Positions 63,651-64,000 of a stretch of 64,000 nucleotides of DNA are shown here, piece after piece; the first letter of the stretch is position 1; the number at the start of each line of letters is the position of its first letter. The DNA comes from Octopus bimaculoides (Eukaryota). The stretch covers positions 64,430,918-64,494,917 of the forward strand of contig NC_068992.1 in the NCBI RefSeq assembly GCF_001194135.2, given 5' to 3'. A program made the position numbers and the translations under genes. The notes under the pieces are model-generated. The model was not told the origin of the DNA and did no database searches. It saw nothing but the letters and a program-made list of their open reading frames with translations.

Positions 63651-64000
63651 AGAATGTATGTATTTGTGTGAATGTGAGTCGCGTGTGAGTGTGTGTGTGT
63701 GTGTGTGTATATATATGTGTGCGCGCATGTGCGTCTATGTGTACGTGTATGTGTACGACTATATGTGTGTGTATGTGTATATGTGTATATGGGTGCGTCT
63801 GCACGTGTATGGGTGTTTCCGCGCATTTGTGTAAATACGCACACGTATGCATCCGAATATTTCGGATATGAGCGGGTATGTATGTATGTATGCATGCATG
63901 TATGGGTACGTGCGTATGTGTGTATGTATGTGTGTGTACGTGCGTATGTGTGTATGCATGTATATATGTATGTGCGGATGTGTTTGTATGTGCAGTGAAT

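Overview
AT-rich, microsatellite- and SINE-dense animal genomic DNA from a gapped draft assembly. The repeat landscape suggests an octopus/cephalopod (my inference, not verified). The window holds the 3' portions of two convergent (tail-to-tail) intron-rich genes. (1) On +, the C-terminal exons of a ClC-2-type voltage-gated chloride channel (CBS1-CBS2 linker, CBS2, tail ending ...EETV*; stop at 22858). (2) On -, the last six coding exons of a THSD4/ADAMTSL4-type ADAMTS-like matrix protein (spacer, ~237-aa P/R/Y/N/H-rich insert, six TSP1 repeats, PLAC; stop at 27415). All six exons of gene 2 splice in frame. The ORF track misses or mis-frames several of these exons, and most listed ORFs are microsatellite or N-gap artefacts. 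Introns contain a TIR-bounded decayed mariner, a Tc1-like element with ~230-bp TIRs, hAT/Buster transposase fossils and hAT MITEs, piggyBac-type and pogo/Tc2-type MITEs, RTE LINE fragments, several SINE families and a palindromic element built from two tRNA-like heads. I found no clearly new multi-gene system. The best leads are: a strong CpG-decay contrast between the two gene bodies; unusual features of both proteins (Cys pair in the spacer, long cationic-aromatic linker, PDZ-type tail, micro-exon with tandem splice sites); many intronic fold-back structures; and family-specific microsatellite association of the SINEs.
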